From Minutocellus sp. GHC0000111 (Eukaryota): a stretch of 64,000 bases of DNA. The translations under genes and the position numbers were made by a program. Positions 46,728-57,696 of the stretch are shown here, in pieces. The first letter of the stretch is position 1, and every line of letters starts with the position of its first letter. The DNA is taken from assembly GCA_977018835.1 (NCBI GenBank), contig OZ361258.1:682001-746000 (forward strand), read 5' to 3'. A model generated the notes under the pieces. It worked only from the letters and a program-made list of their open reading frames with translations. It made no database searches and had not been told where the DNA came from.

Positions 46728-48605
46728 CTAGCTCTGAAGTCGTCGAAACTTCCTTCCCGTAAACTCACTTCCAGCCTGCTTTCGGATAGCAGCTTTACGT
46801 TCCATATCCTTCTCCTGCTGCTTGCCAATGGACGCAATTTTGCGAACTTTCTCGAGATGACCAGTGTCCCGAATATGTTCGCCTTCTCCTCTTTCAACGA
46901 TGACCACCCATGCGATAAAACCTCCAATATTTGCCGGAAAGACAGCACAGGGGGAACGAAAGGAGGGCGTCCCTGATGTTGACTTCTGACTACCAAGAAT
47001 ATCAATGATGTTCTGGTAGCTCCCCGCGCCACAAAGAAATACGATTCTCCCAATCCCAGGACGGAGAACACGAGCACATTCCGAAATTAGTAGGGGAAGG
47101 AATCTTTGCAATTTTGATGACGATAAACATTTGCTGCCAAAAGGTAAATCCGAAATAATGCAGTCGACACTTCCATCTCGTATTGGCAATAGAGCGGCAT
47201 CCCAGGCCGTGAAATTGACCGCGCTTGACCCAGCCGAGCGTTTGGACGTCGTGATTTGCTGGACCCCCTTGAGATATTTCGTCGCTAGGCGAACAAAATT
47301 ATCATTTCGCAAGGCAACATCGCCCCCCAAACCGACGCATGGCACACTGCCAAGGGCAGCTTCCACCGGGAGAGTTCCGAGCCCACCACAAGGGTCCAGT
47401 ACAACATCTCCTGTTTGGGGTTTTGCTAAATGTAACAACAACGCCGCCGTCGAAGGCCTCAAACGAACAACTTCCGAGCCAGTGTCGCCCTTGATAAATG
47501 GTGGCAAAATGTCCGGTGGCAGTGTGCCGTTTGAGTACGTCTTGCTACCAATTGCCTGATACGGCCGTAAAACTATGCCGATAGTGAGCGCGGTGTCATG
47601 AATTACAACCAATACCTCGAAATCATGCTTCTTCATGTCGACCTTCCACGGATCTTTTCCCAGTTGCAAATCATCCGTTGGCACAATCAAATCTGCGAGA
47701 GGAGCCATGATGTCTTCCCTCTTCCAGTGTTTGTATTTTTTGGAATATGTTCTGGTACAACTCATTCGGAAGGAAAGAGGTTCTGCGCCACTTCGTTTGG
47801 CCTCCAAGGAATCGCCCTTGGCCCGATTGGTTGGGTCTGCCATATCCATACCGTAAAAGTCCCCGTTGTTTGCGTACCAAACATTTTCGGCATGATCGAA
47901 CCAAACAGACAATGCTTGCTGAAACTGAGAAAGATAGTCTGCTCTGATCTGTGTATTGTTCTCGGTATTTGTCCCGCCACGTGCGCCTACAAATCCCGAC
48001 GCCGATGCAAGTGCCTCCTCGGCATTCTGTTCGTAGCCAAACACATCTGCTGATGTCTTGAGATGAGAAGATGCCACCAGCGCCAGCAACGGACCACATC
48101 CCATTCCTCGGATGCCGGCAACGACCATGGGAGGAGCATCGGTCTCAAATATGAGCGGTATAAGGCCCTCAAATGGACCTGGCTTGCACATTACTGAATG
48201 TCCATCTCGATGCCCAAAACTTATGTGCTCACCGGCGTCGGTTTGGATCGTTCCAATGATTGGTTGGCTTTTATCAGAACTTGTATTGACATTACAATTG
48301 GCAGTGTCTTGATCATTGCTTGCATAATCACTATTATTCATCCACTTCTTTCTCCTCATCTCCTTGGCGAGCTTCTTCGCCTGCTGTTTCTTCAGCTTGT
48401 CCATCATATCCTGCTTGTATAAGTCGGTTTCACGACGAGGTGAAAATACCTGCAGGTTGTGGCAGACGTAGGATGAGGCACCCCCCTTTACATTTCCGCC
48501 ATTGATGAGAGCCTCTCGAATGGCCGAGGATGCCACATCTTCCAGTCCTCGCGGAACGAGGGTGAGGTACCGTTGGAGCTGTTGTTGCTGCTGCTGCCCC
48601 GGCAT
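46728..48605 (-). CDS. THUMP-domain RNA (guanine-N2) methyltransferase (THUMPD2/3-like)
   Basis: VPRGLE, SFRMSC, WKVDM...DFEV, LRPSTA..LL.LA, VVLDPCGGLGT..VEA, ISDLPFG. Confidence 0.85.
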   Translation of the reverse strand: MPGQQQQQQLQRYLTLVPRGLEDVASSAIREALINGGNVKGGASSYVCHNLQVFSPRRETDLYKQDMMDKLKKQQAKKLAKEMRRKKWMNNSDYASNDQDTANCNVNTSSDKSQPIIGTIQTDAGEHISFGHRDGHSVMCKPGPFEGLIPLIFETDAPPMVVAGIRGMGCGPLLALVASSHLKTSADVFGYEQNAEEALASASGFVGARGGTNTENNTQIRADYLSQFQQALSVWFDHAENVWYANNGDFYGMDMADPTNRAKGDSLEAKRSGAEPLSFRMSCTRTYSKKYKHWKREDIMAPLADLIVPTDDLQLGKDPWKVDMKKHDFEVLVVIHDTALTIGIVLRPYQAIGSKTYSNGTLPPDILPPFIKGDTGSEVVRLRPSTAALLLHLAKPQTGDVVLDPCGGLGTLPVEAALGSVPCVGLGGDVALRNDNFVRLATKYLKGVQQITTSKRSAGSSAVNFTAWDAALLPIRDGSVDCIISDLPFGSKCLSSSKLQRFLPLLISECARVLRPGIGRIVFLCGAGSYQNIIDILGSQKSTSGTPSFRSPCAVFPANIGGFIAWVVIVERGEGEHIRDTGHLEKVRKIASIGKQQEKDMERKAAIRKQAGSEFTGRKFRRLQS

Positions 48606-49105
48606 AACTTGTTGACTGGCTGGTGAATTCTAACCCGAAATATTGAGCACTGACTGATGACTGGCGACTATCAACATGCAAGGGGCCGGGGTCGAATGAG
48701 GTCAGCCGATTGCGGCAGCAGCTCATTCGTCGATGCAATGATGGCCACGAGCATTCGAGAGCGACTGACGGACCGTCAAAGCCGCTCGCGTCATCTCGAA
48801 TATTGAACCATTCTTTTTGACGTGGATCAACGACTGATGTGGCGGCTGGGAAAGGCCTGCACGACGCCACGCCAACACCCTTTGACACCGCCTTCGACGT
48901 CGTCATGCCATCTGCCGGAAGGCAAATGCCGAGAATTCACTCGACTCCTTACCAAAAATACAACAATCGTTCCGACGAACCTGGTAACAACAAAGTTACT
49001 TATCGAAACGACCCCAGCTTACCCCTCCCGCGCCTGAAAAACATTTGCCAGCAGTAATCTTCTGCCGCCAGTCCTTCTCTCATTTCCAGCACGTCTCGTC
49101 TCACT

Positions 49106-49591
49106 ATGAAGCCCCGATCTTTCTCGTTACCAGTAATTTCCCTCCTCTCCATCATTGGAGGTTCCGAAGCCTACAGTTCTACCCGACAACCGGCAGCGCA
49201 CCTACCCTTCGTCCGCCGCCCCATCGGCAGGCAGCAAAGGCGCGATACCAACCGATCACGTCTCCACTTCTCCGCCTCCGGCGCCGCTTCAACCGCCACA
49301 ACAGCGTCCGGCGATTGGCAGAGCGAATGGCGGAATCGGATCAAGTCCGACCCGCAAGTGCAAAGCATCCGGGAGGAGCTGGTCCTCAAATACCTCGACA
49401 AGGGCATGCCCCAGGAGGAGGCCGAGAGGGAGGTCGACACCTTCCTCCCCACCAAGGGGGGGCGGGCCTACGTGGAGATGCGAGTGTACAGCCAGGTTCA
49501 AGAAGAAATGGGCTGGGAAACGGCCTTTACCTATGCGACGGCGTTTGGCATCGGTTTGCTGTGGCAGATTTGGGCCAACTACCATGCCTGA
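49106..49591 (+). CDS. Small hypothetical protein with a signal/bipartite presequence and one C-terminal TM helix
   Basis: MKPRSFSLPVISLLSIIGGSEA-YSS presequence, helical core (REELVLKYLDKGMPQEEAEREVDTFL), TM FTYATAFGIGLLWQIW. Confidence 0.6.
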   Translation: MKPRSFSLPVISLLSIIGGSEAYSSTRQPAAHLPFVRRPIGRQQRRDTNRSRLHFSASGAASTATTASGDWQSEWRNRIKSDPQVQSIREELVLKYLDKGMPQEEAEREVDTFLPTKGGRAYVEMRVYSQVQEEMGWETAFTYATAFGIGLLWQIWANYHA

Positions 49592-50021
49592 GACGGCTGG
49601 ATTTGTTGCCTGCCTTGCACATGTCGAGTGCATATTTGTAAAAAAAGTTGGATGGTGGGCGTTCCATTATCCTCGTCATTTGTTTAGTGTTGACATTCAG
49701 TTTTTAGGAGGTTGGCGGCGTGCACTTGCATCATGTAAATATTACCGTGGCGTCGTCCTCATCATCACCACCAAAGCATTTCAAAAGTATTATTAGCAGC
49801 TATAGATAGGGGCATTGTAAACAGCTAGAATCTTGCCAATAGCAACCAAATAACAACAATACCTGTTCAATATTCAACCTCTTTTGCTTTATGTATGATA
49901 ATAAATTCTACATAGGGAAACCTAAACGTTTATCAAATTTTCATCTTGAAGAGATAGAGGCAGCAAGCCCGAGCCAAAAGACCGAGAGTGCTGTCAGCTT
50001 TATTCTTTATGTATGCAATAA

Positions 50022-51353
50022 TTACTTCTCAGCTGTAAGTACCACACAAGCAGTTCCCCAAACCTCGACGCTGACCTTGTCCTCGTCAAATCCTGCCTTG
50101 ACCAGCATATCCTTCAGCTCCTCCGTGCTGGCAAAGTATTGGAAGGCTTGGATGTCTGGTCCAGTCTGACCATTTTCGCTCGCCTGAAGTCCACGGAAGT
50201 ACTGCGCCAAAAATGTGGTTGCGAAATATCGACAACCCGGCTTCAACACGCGATAAACTTCAGAAAGGGCAGAATCCAAATCGGGCCAGCAGTGCATGGC
50301 GGCACCAGCATGGAGAGCATCGACGGAACCCTCTCGCATGGGGATATTGCCCACATCCAGCCTGACCAAATCCAATCGCGTTTGTCCTACCTTTCGTTCC
50401 CTAAGCTCGGGGTCGGCGTTGATCCTCCTTCGTGCCTCCTGCAACATGCTGTCACTGTAGTCACAACCCAAAACACGACCATACTTGTTGCTCTTGGCCA
50501 ATCGTCGAGTGAATAGTCCAGTGGCACAGCTCATGTCCACCACAGTGGACGTTTCCTTACCCTCCGCCACCGGGGCAAAGTAGTCCATGACCATCTCCGC
50601 CTCATTGTCCGGTCCTGGAAAACCAGCCGCGGCAAATCCCTGCCTCCATCCCCGTTCGTAGGCAAACGAAACGCTTGGGTTGGTGAACAAATCGCGCATC
50701 GGCACGTAGTCGTCTTCCGCCAAACCCGTCGCCTTGAGGGCGAAACGCAGCGGTGGGGGGATGAGAGGCGTCACGGCCGTTACGATGCGTGAGTTGATGC
50801 TGCTACTGCTGCTGCTTTCGCCATCATTGGCATCTGAATCGCCATCATCCTCGGAAGCCTCCAGCAGATTGTAATACGAGTCTGTTCTACCCGAGTAGGT
50901 CGTCTCGGCATCAGCGGACGATCGAAGCGTCACCTTGACTCCCTTCGATGCGCTCGAAGATGACGACGACGAAGAAGAATAGTCGTCGCCAAACAGAACT
51001 CCCGAGCCACCAAACGCACCGCCAGAACGGACGATGCGCAGGGGCTCCTTGGTAGAGGGATCGGCCAGGACTGGGTCGTACGGGATGGTATCTTCCTCGT
51101 CCTGGCTGCCCGTAGAAGTTCTTCGGCTAGTGCCGATCATCCCCAGCAATTTGCGCTTCTCCTCCTCTCTTCGTTGTTCCAGACTGGGCGCTGCTGCCTC
51201 GGCTTCAGCTTCAGCGGGCGATGTTGCGGTCGTCATGCTCAAAGTAGCCAATGACGTCGCCGTCGTCGCCGAAGAAGAAGCAGTATGATGGGTGAAGGCA
51301 TCGATGCCAGACGCCGAGAGTAGGAGGACCGCGAGAGCCGAATGGAGTTTCAT
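50022..51353 (-). CDS. SAM-dependent methyltransferase type 11, predicted plastid-targeted
   Basis: IDA-F presequence; LFTNPSVSFAYERGWRQGF...GFPGPD.E, VDMSCATGLF, DYSDSML, HAGAAMHCWP. Confidence 0.88.
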   Translation of the reverse strand: MKLHSALAVLLLSASGIDAFTHHTASSSATTATSLATLSMTTATSPAEAEAEAAAPSLEQRREEEKRKLLGMIGTSRRTSTGSQDEEDTIPYDPVLADPSTKEPLRIVRSGGAFGGSGVLFGDDYSSSSSSSSSASKGVKVTLRSSADAETTYSGRTDSYYNLLEASEDDGDSDANDGESSSSSSINSRIVTAVTPLIPPPLRFALKATGLAEDDYVPMRDLFTNPSVSFAYERGWRQGFAAAGFPGPDNEAEMVMDYFAPVAEGKETSTVVDMSCATGLFTRRLAKSNKYGRVLGCDYSDSMLQEARRRINADPELRERKVGQTRLDLVRLDVGNIPMREGSVDALHAGAAMHCWPDLDSALSEVYRVLKPGCRYFATTFLAQYFRGLQASENGQTGPDIQAFQYFASTEELKDMLVKAGFDEDKVSVEVWGTACVVLTAEK

Positions 51354-51721
51354 GTTTGTACTGTGTGGCGATTGTAATACCCCAACGCGCTTCTTTGTGG
51401 AAATGCAGTTAGTCAGCGCCTTGTGATGAGTGAACTGGCCGGTCAGTCATGGCTCTGCGTCAGAAATGAAGGATGCCTGCAAAAGCAATATGGTCGCACC
51501 TCATAATCCGCAACCGCCAAGCCATCCATTTTCCCGCCTGCTTGTTCTAATGCCCATGGTGAGGTGAAGTCACCCATCTGCTAGCTAGAGCGGGCAAGTA
51601 AATAAGACCACTATAATCCGTCTCTACTACGATCAGTGTGAGCTTGATCATAACATTCATTTTTCCGAAATCTCCTAACTTAACTTAGATCGACCCAAAA
51701 CCGGCGCAAGCTGAAGTCAAG

Positions 51722-54313
51722 ATGTCAGGGCGTGGCGACAACAACGGCAAGAAGCGGCCAGCCACCTCGGCGGCTGACGATGGCAACAGCAACGGCAGAG
51801 ATAAACGGGGCAATGGCAGCGAACCCAAGCGGCGAAAGACCAATCGTCGGCGTCGTCCAATCGATCCATCGTCTCTGCCCCGATTTCTAGATTCGACCGG
51901 CGCAGTAACGGCCGGCACGTTCGCGGCAAGGCGGCTACCAGAAATGAAATCGTTGTGGAGGTCCTTCCTATCGACCAAGCATGCCAAGATCGATGCCGTT
52001 ACGTTTAGTGTTGGCGGCGCTGTACCTCCTAGTACCGGTGCCGCCGCCCCAATTACGGATGATGCAGCCTTATATCGGAGCGGAGGACGAAAGACGTCCG
52101 ATCGACACCTACGCAGGAGGACCGGCAGCCACAGCCGACGGAGGAGGCATCGGTATCCCACCGGGGATATGCTTCCACAGTTAGAGGGTGCTTCCACCGG
52201 TGATCAAATCAAGACTAATGAGAGTTGTGACGTGGTCATGACTAATGGCAAGAAGCCAAATGAGCAAGACAAGAAGCCATGTCGCAGAGCAAGGCGCAAA
52301 CGAGGAACATTGCGTGAGGCACATCGACATTGGCAGGTGACGTCGTCGTCTGTCGAGATGTCCACATTATCACCACTGGAGCAAAAGGACCCCTCCGAAA
52401 CGCCCTCATTTCCATCCAAATGGCTCGAAACTCATCTGTGGCACACCAAGCGATTTCACATGGGCAATCTGTTCGGCTGGTCGGTACCCCTCGTCCATAC
52501 TGGGCGAGGTACAGCTGCCGCCCTACGATTGGCCCAGACTAATTGCACGGTCCAGGATGCCACTTGGTCGATTGATGGTGGGGCAATAGTGCTATGCGCA
52601 CCATCGATGGAGGTACTATGTGTGGCATTGGCCAAAATATGTGGCGAACAGGCGAAGATCTTGCAGGACAAGATGGTGCTATCAGGAGTGCGGTGGGGAG
52701 AGGGGACGGTCCATCAACATGGTACCTTTCCCCTCGGCGTTATTGGACCTGCTCGCTTTTTGTTTTATCGACAGGAGAAGAATGGAAATTCAGGTAATGC
52801 CGAAGAATATCACGTTGCTATCTTTGTCCATCCGGCCATTCGAGGAAAGATTTATGAAGCACTCAGCTCTATGACGGGTGCCGGTGATTGCGAATGCAGC
52901 CTTGATAAGATTGCTGGTGGCCTATCTCTCATACAAGTTCGAGGTACCAATGCAATGAATGCCATCAGGTGCGCACTCCGCCCAACATCCCAAAAAGATA
53001 ATGTCATGTCGTGGAATCAAGTCAGCCAGTCGTCTCAAGCTCTTACGACTCTTCCGCATGGCACACTTATGCCGGTGAAATTTTCTCCAATGCTTTCAAC
53101 CACAACTCCTCAGACCTGTGAAAATGTAGATGTCGCCAAAGCCAAACAAATCAAGGAGAATGTTATTGCCCGTATTGAGCAGTTCAGCAGTAGTGAATTG
53201 CTCGATTTAGTGCCCAGCTTTTCTGGCATTGGAAGCAATAAATTTGCTGCTCTAATTTCGTATCGACCAAACAACGGCGCTTCTCAAGGTTGCCACAATA
53301 CTGCCTCTTGTGGCTGGGACATTCTGTGTTCGCCAGCGATGGCCAATGAAATCTTTTTGTGTCTGAACAACAAGGGGGGCGCTTGTTCGATTGGACTGGC
53401 GGAAGAAGCGAGTGCAGCTTTGGAGGCCGATCCGCCAATCGCTGTATTCCCTCGCGACTTTCCCAACACTGAAACCGGTGAGACATATTGGAGTGGACAT
53501 AATAGCGAGTGGAATATCGTTCGGTGCTGCTTTGAGAATGGTGCCCAAGGAGGGCGATTCAAAACGGAACTCAAACGGACATTGAAGACTCAAATTTTGA
53601 ACACATACACTGGTGGCATTTCTAATCAAACTATTGACTGGAGTTCAATTACAGACCGCAAAGTCAAAACAGATGGAAAGGCAGACAGTGACGGCAACGA
53701 TGGAATTGTTAGCAGTGGTGTGGAGGTAGTGCGAGGGACGTTTGGTGCCCCATTTGCTCAAGCTTTGACTGGTTCTGGGAGATTTACGACAAAGGACCAG
53801 GGCGCATCATCAAGCAAGACCGATGGAAAGAAGCGCAGGCCTCGTCGTCGTGTTCGACCATCAAACGTCGCCGTAAACGCAGAGCCCCTTGAAGACGAGA
53901 AGGCCGATGCCCACGAGAATATGTGCCAAATGCTTTTGTCATCATTGTCCCTACCTGCACTTTTACGCTGTCATATCTTAGTTGAAGGTAAAGGGAACCT
54001 AATGGCAGGTGCAACGATCTTTGATTATAACAAAGGGACTGCTACGCAAAAGAATACATGTAATCCCGATTCATGCACAAAACTCGGATATGTCGTCGCA
54101 GGTGCTTTTTCCAGTAATCGAGGTCAATGTCATGGGTCTGGATTCGTCGGCGCGGCAAAGCTTTTGCAAAACTTGATTGAGAATGAGCATGCTAATACTG
54201 TCTCTGTGACGAGCCAAGGAGAAGGTTATCGCTTCGCGGCTCTGCGTGTATTGGTACAAAATGCTGCAGATGGAAGCGCCATGCGCTCAGCAACGCTACA
54301 GCTGATGCTCTGA
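51722..54313 (+). CDS. POP1: RNase P/MRP protein subunit POP1
   Basis: FAARRLPEM, LRRRTGSH, CRRARR, WLETHLWHTKRFHM...GW, GWDIL, FPRDFP, GYV.AG.FS..RG...G. Confidence 0.92.
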   Translation: MSGRGDNNGKKRPATSAADDGNSNGRDKRGNGSEPKRRKTNRRRRPIDPSSLPRFLDSTGAVTAGTFAARRLPEMKSLWRSFLSTKHAKIDAVTFSVGGAVPPSTGAAAPITDDAALYRSGGRKTSDRHLRRRTGSHSRRRRHRYPTGDMLPQLEGASTGDQIKTNESCDVVMTNGKKPNEQDKKPCRRARRKRGTLREAHRHWQVTSSSVEMSTLSPLEQKDPSETPSFPSKWLETHLWHTKRFHMGNLFGWSVPLVHTGRGTAAALRLAQTNCTVQDATWSIDGGAIVLCAPSMEVLCVALAKICGEQAKILQDKMVLSGVRWGEGTVHQHGTFPLGVIGPARFLFYRQEKNGNSGNAEEYHVAIFVHPAIRGKIYEALSSMTGAGDCECSLDKIAGGLSLIQVRGTNAMNAIRCALRPTSQKDNVMSWNQVSQSSQALTTLPHGTLMPVKFSPMLSTTTPQTCENVDVAKAKQIKENVIARIEQFSSSELLDLVPSFSGIGSNKFAALISYRPNNGASQGCHNTASCGWDILCSPAMANEIFLCLNNKGGACSIGLAEEASAALEADPPIAVFPRDFPNTETGETYWSGHNSEWNIVRCCFENGAQGGRFKTELKRTLKTQILNTYTGGISNQTIDWSSITDRKVKTDGKADSDGNDGIVSSGVEVVRGTFGAPFAQALTGSGRFTTKDQGASSSKTDGKKRRPRRRVRPSNVAVNAEPLEDEKADAHENMCQMLLSSLSLPALLRCHILVEGKGNLMAGATIFDYNKGTATQKNTCNPDSCTKLGYVVAGAFSSNRGQCHGSGFVGAAKLLQNLIENEHANTVSVTSQGEGYRFAALRVLVQNAADGSAMRSATLQLML

Positions 54314-54480
54314 AAACTTACTTTTGATCAAACAAAACGCTAAAAGTAAATGCATTATCTACTCATAAAATTCAATACCAGCGTCCGCCGAGTGCCAAGA
54401 TACATGGTAAATCACATCCACTACCTCCGCCAATGCTTATGGTCCGAGTTGCGATGTCAAGGGGTTATGAGGCCGTTGTG

Positions 54481-57090
54481 CTATGACGATTCCTTTCGTT
54501 TTTTACTGCGCTTGAGTGGGCTGAACGCAACTCCATTTCGGATTTTCTTCTTGTTTCGATTCAAATCTCCAATGGGGGGATCCAGGGCCTCGGGGTGCGC
54601 AGCATAATACACCTCCTCTCTCATTCTTTCGTAAAAGTTAGGCTCGTCGACGCCGTGGTGCTGGAGCCTTGCATCCGGGAGGTCGGATAGGTCGGACATT
54701 CTGCAGAATATTATTTCTGAGAGATAGACGAAATAAAATAGTGAGCGAGGAAGAATATACGATGCGACGAAACAAGCAAGGTTCAAACAAGTGGGTACTC
54801 ATGCCTCCTTGGGGTTCCGAGAATGCAGTTTGCCTTACTCTATGTCTTCCTCAAGGCGGCTTCGCCACTTGTGTCAGTCTCTTCATGCGTCAAATCGGTG
54901 CTTACGGACCTGCTGTTGGTTGAATGACCGGATCTTCCAATACTATTCCTGTTCTTCGAGCTCGACGATCTACTCGGTGTCCCGATGGGAGCAACATCTC
55001 GGGCCTCACTCGAAGGCTGAGATGCGAGAATAGGCGAAATGATTGCTCGCGAGTTTGACCCGGCATCAGCGTGGTTCGCTCCTTTCGTGGCCCAATTCCC
55101 ACTGCTCTGGTGATTATGGACCCCACCACCACTCACTGAGCCAACACTATTCGCCACATCGTGATCGTCATCGAAGATATTCCTCACTTCATTGGACGAG
55201 ATCATACCATGGTCAGATGCAGTGTTCGACAACGCCAAAGAATGGCTCCGGTTGAGCTGTAGACCCCCATCCGCGACAGCCCCCGCGAATGGAGGAGGGG
55301 GCAAAGCATCCTTGGAAGCACTGTTGTTCATTGTCGAACCGCTTCTGATGGGGCTATCGAACATTGTTGCAAAATTGGGCGGGCTCATGGTTGGATGATT
55401 TCCTGATGTACTCGCTCCAAGGCCGAACGTAGGACTGAACACTGGGCTCATCGGCAATAGTTGAGGTGTTGGGGTGCCAAATTTCGAGGATGATGAAGGC
55501 GTTGATGCCGCTGCTGCTGCTCCCGATGGGCGACTGGGTGACATAGCCGCGGTCTTATCGAACTGCAATAGATGATTCAACTGTTGCTCGGCCTCAACAG
55601 CCTGCTGGAGATCGTCGTCAGTTCGATGCTCCCTGGATTCATCGGACTCGGTTCGAAGAGCTCCGGGTGCAGTCATGGAGATCGGAGGTTGTGGCATGAT
55701 TATTTCCTTGCCGTGCCCGGTCGGCGATCCAACGAGGGTTCCATGGCGAAAGTGTTCCTCCGCCGCAGCTATTTCGTCTGGGGTCATTATTGCGGCAGGA
55801 GAAATCTGGTTGCTCTGCGGGTGAACTGCAGCCGAAGGAGATTTTCCGGGTGCGACCTTGGAGCCGAAATATTGACCCATCATCATCTCTGGCGCGACGA
55901 TGGGGGCGGGCACGGGAGCCGACTTGACTTCTGGGAACACCCGGCTGCGAGCAGGAGGCTCGTTGGTAGAAGCAACGGGTTTCATTTCCCTATCTTCCTT
56001 CCGATCACTCTCTGACTTCTTCGGGGTCCTGGGTGGCTTTTCAGTCGGGGCCTTCTTTTTCTTTCTACTCCTTCCAGCTCCGGCACTGGCGGCGACTTCG
56101 CTCACAGAGCTAACCTTGGAAACCATCTTTCTCTTTGGCGTCCTACCCCTGGACGATACCTTTGGTTTCTGTTCCTTCTTTGCCGCCTCTCGAATACTAG
56201 GCGCACCCTCACGCAGTGCCTGCGATATCTTGGCCATGGCCCTGGAGGTCGGTATCTCCACCCACTTACTCTGCCCACCACTGATCGAGGCGGAATTGAG
56301 ACTGGGCCCACCGGACCGACCCTTCATCTTGTCCCCGCCCTCTCGCATGAGGAACCGACCGGGTGGATCCTGCGACACGATGAGGTCGTACACCTCCTGG
56401 CAGACAAGGGCCTTGTCACCCTTGTCCTTCCCAAGGGTGTAGGACTCCTTTCGCTCCAAAACCCAGTCCCTAAACCGTTGGTTACCCAGGTGAGCGTTGA
56501 TTCCTGAGGACATAATGATAATGAAGATGAGATAGATGTATAATGTGAGCATAAATTATACACGAAAATAAAGTAAACAAACATCAAGGCAAACAGCTAG
56601 CTCTCCGCTGCTTACCTCCACCTCGACCAGACAAGACGTCATGGTCGTGCGGCCTGGATATCACCAACATTCCATCGGAACCCATGAAATCTTCAACGTC
56701 GGCAGAAGAATCTACAGGTGCCGCGCGTCTAGCCTTTTTCGCCTTGCCACCTCCACCACCCTTCCTGGCGCCGCCTCTCTTCTTCGTTTGTGCCTTCTTC
56801 TTCCTACCGCCGCTCCCCGTGGGGCTCCACTCCTCGTCGCTCGTGCTGGTGTTGGTCGTGGCCGAGGATTCCACCGCCCTCTTCGTCCTGGCCTGCTGCC
56901 TCCTCAGGTTGTGCAGCTGCTTCCCACCGGGCGATGCGGCTGCAGCAGCTGGTTCGGAACCAAACGACTCGAGCGACGACGACAGGTCGGACTCTCCCCG
57001 TCCCGGCGCCGGATGGCCGGCCGCGCTGCTGTCTATGTCATTGCCTGCTTCGGCACGGTCACGTCCTCGGGTTCGTACTACCGGTGGCAT
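54481..57090 (-). CDS. DUF6824-type diatom-family protein; intron 56615-56504; as assembled stops at 54840, with a probable last exon at 54700-54481
   Basis: PHDHDVLSGRGG|GINAHLGNQRFRDWV...K..Y....K..K...., PPGRFL, WVEI....A..KISQALRE. Confidence 0.75.
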
Positions 57091-57696
57091 TATCTATCTA
57101 TTCGTGCTTGGAACGATGCTAAGCGATGAGTTTCAGGCGTTGGTCTGATGCGGGATGTCTCGTTCTGTGCGGTGTGATTCGTCTACCCCTATTTCGTGTA
57201 TTGCTTCTCAATCGTCAAGGAACTTTGAGGCGAAGTTTTTTTTTGCTGGGTTGTGCTGGTATCTTTCTCGGCTGAATGTGTTCTCTGCTTTGTAGTTACG
57301 CTGGGTGATATACTACTACTTATAATCAATCGATTGCAATTGCAATTCTTTTGTTCTGATTGGCTCTTGGATAGATTGCTTGTTTATGGGACGCACGGGC
57401 GCGGCTCTTGGACTTCGCTTCGTGCCTGGGCTGTGCTTCGCCGCCGGCAGATGGCCAGATGACAGTTTTCGATCATCTTCGAGATTCTCATCGATGCGCC
57501 AGAGGCCAGAGGCAGATTTTTGGCGGAAACCGCGCCGCGTCGATGCGATGCTGTTTCTGTGACGCAGTTCCTTCGTCACGTCAGCCTCGACTCGTTCGAT
57601 CGACGTCATTTTTTTGGTGTTTTGCATGGGATTTTGGCCGTATATGTACCGCGACTTTTCGCTTTAGGCAACTTGCGTTCCCAGCCAAACGATACG

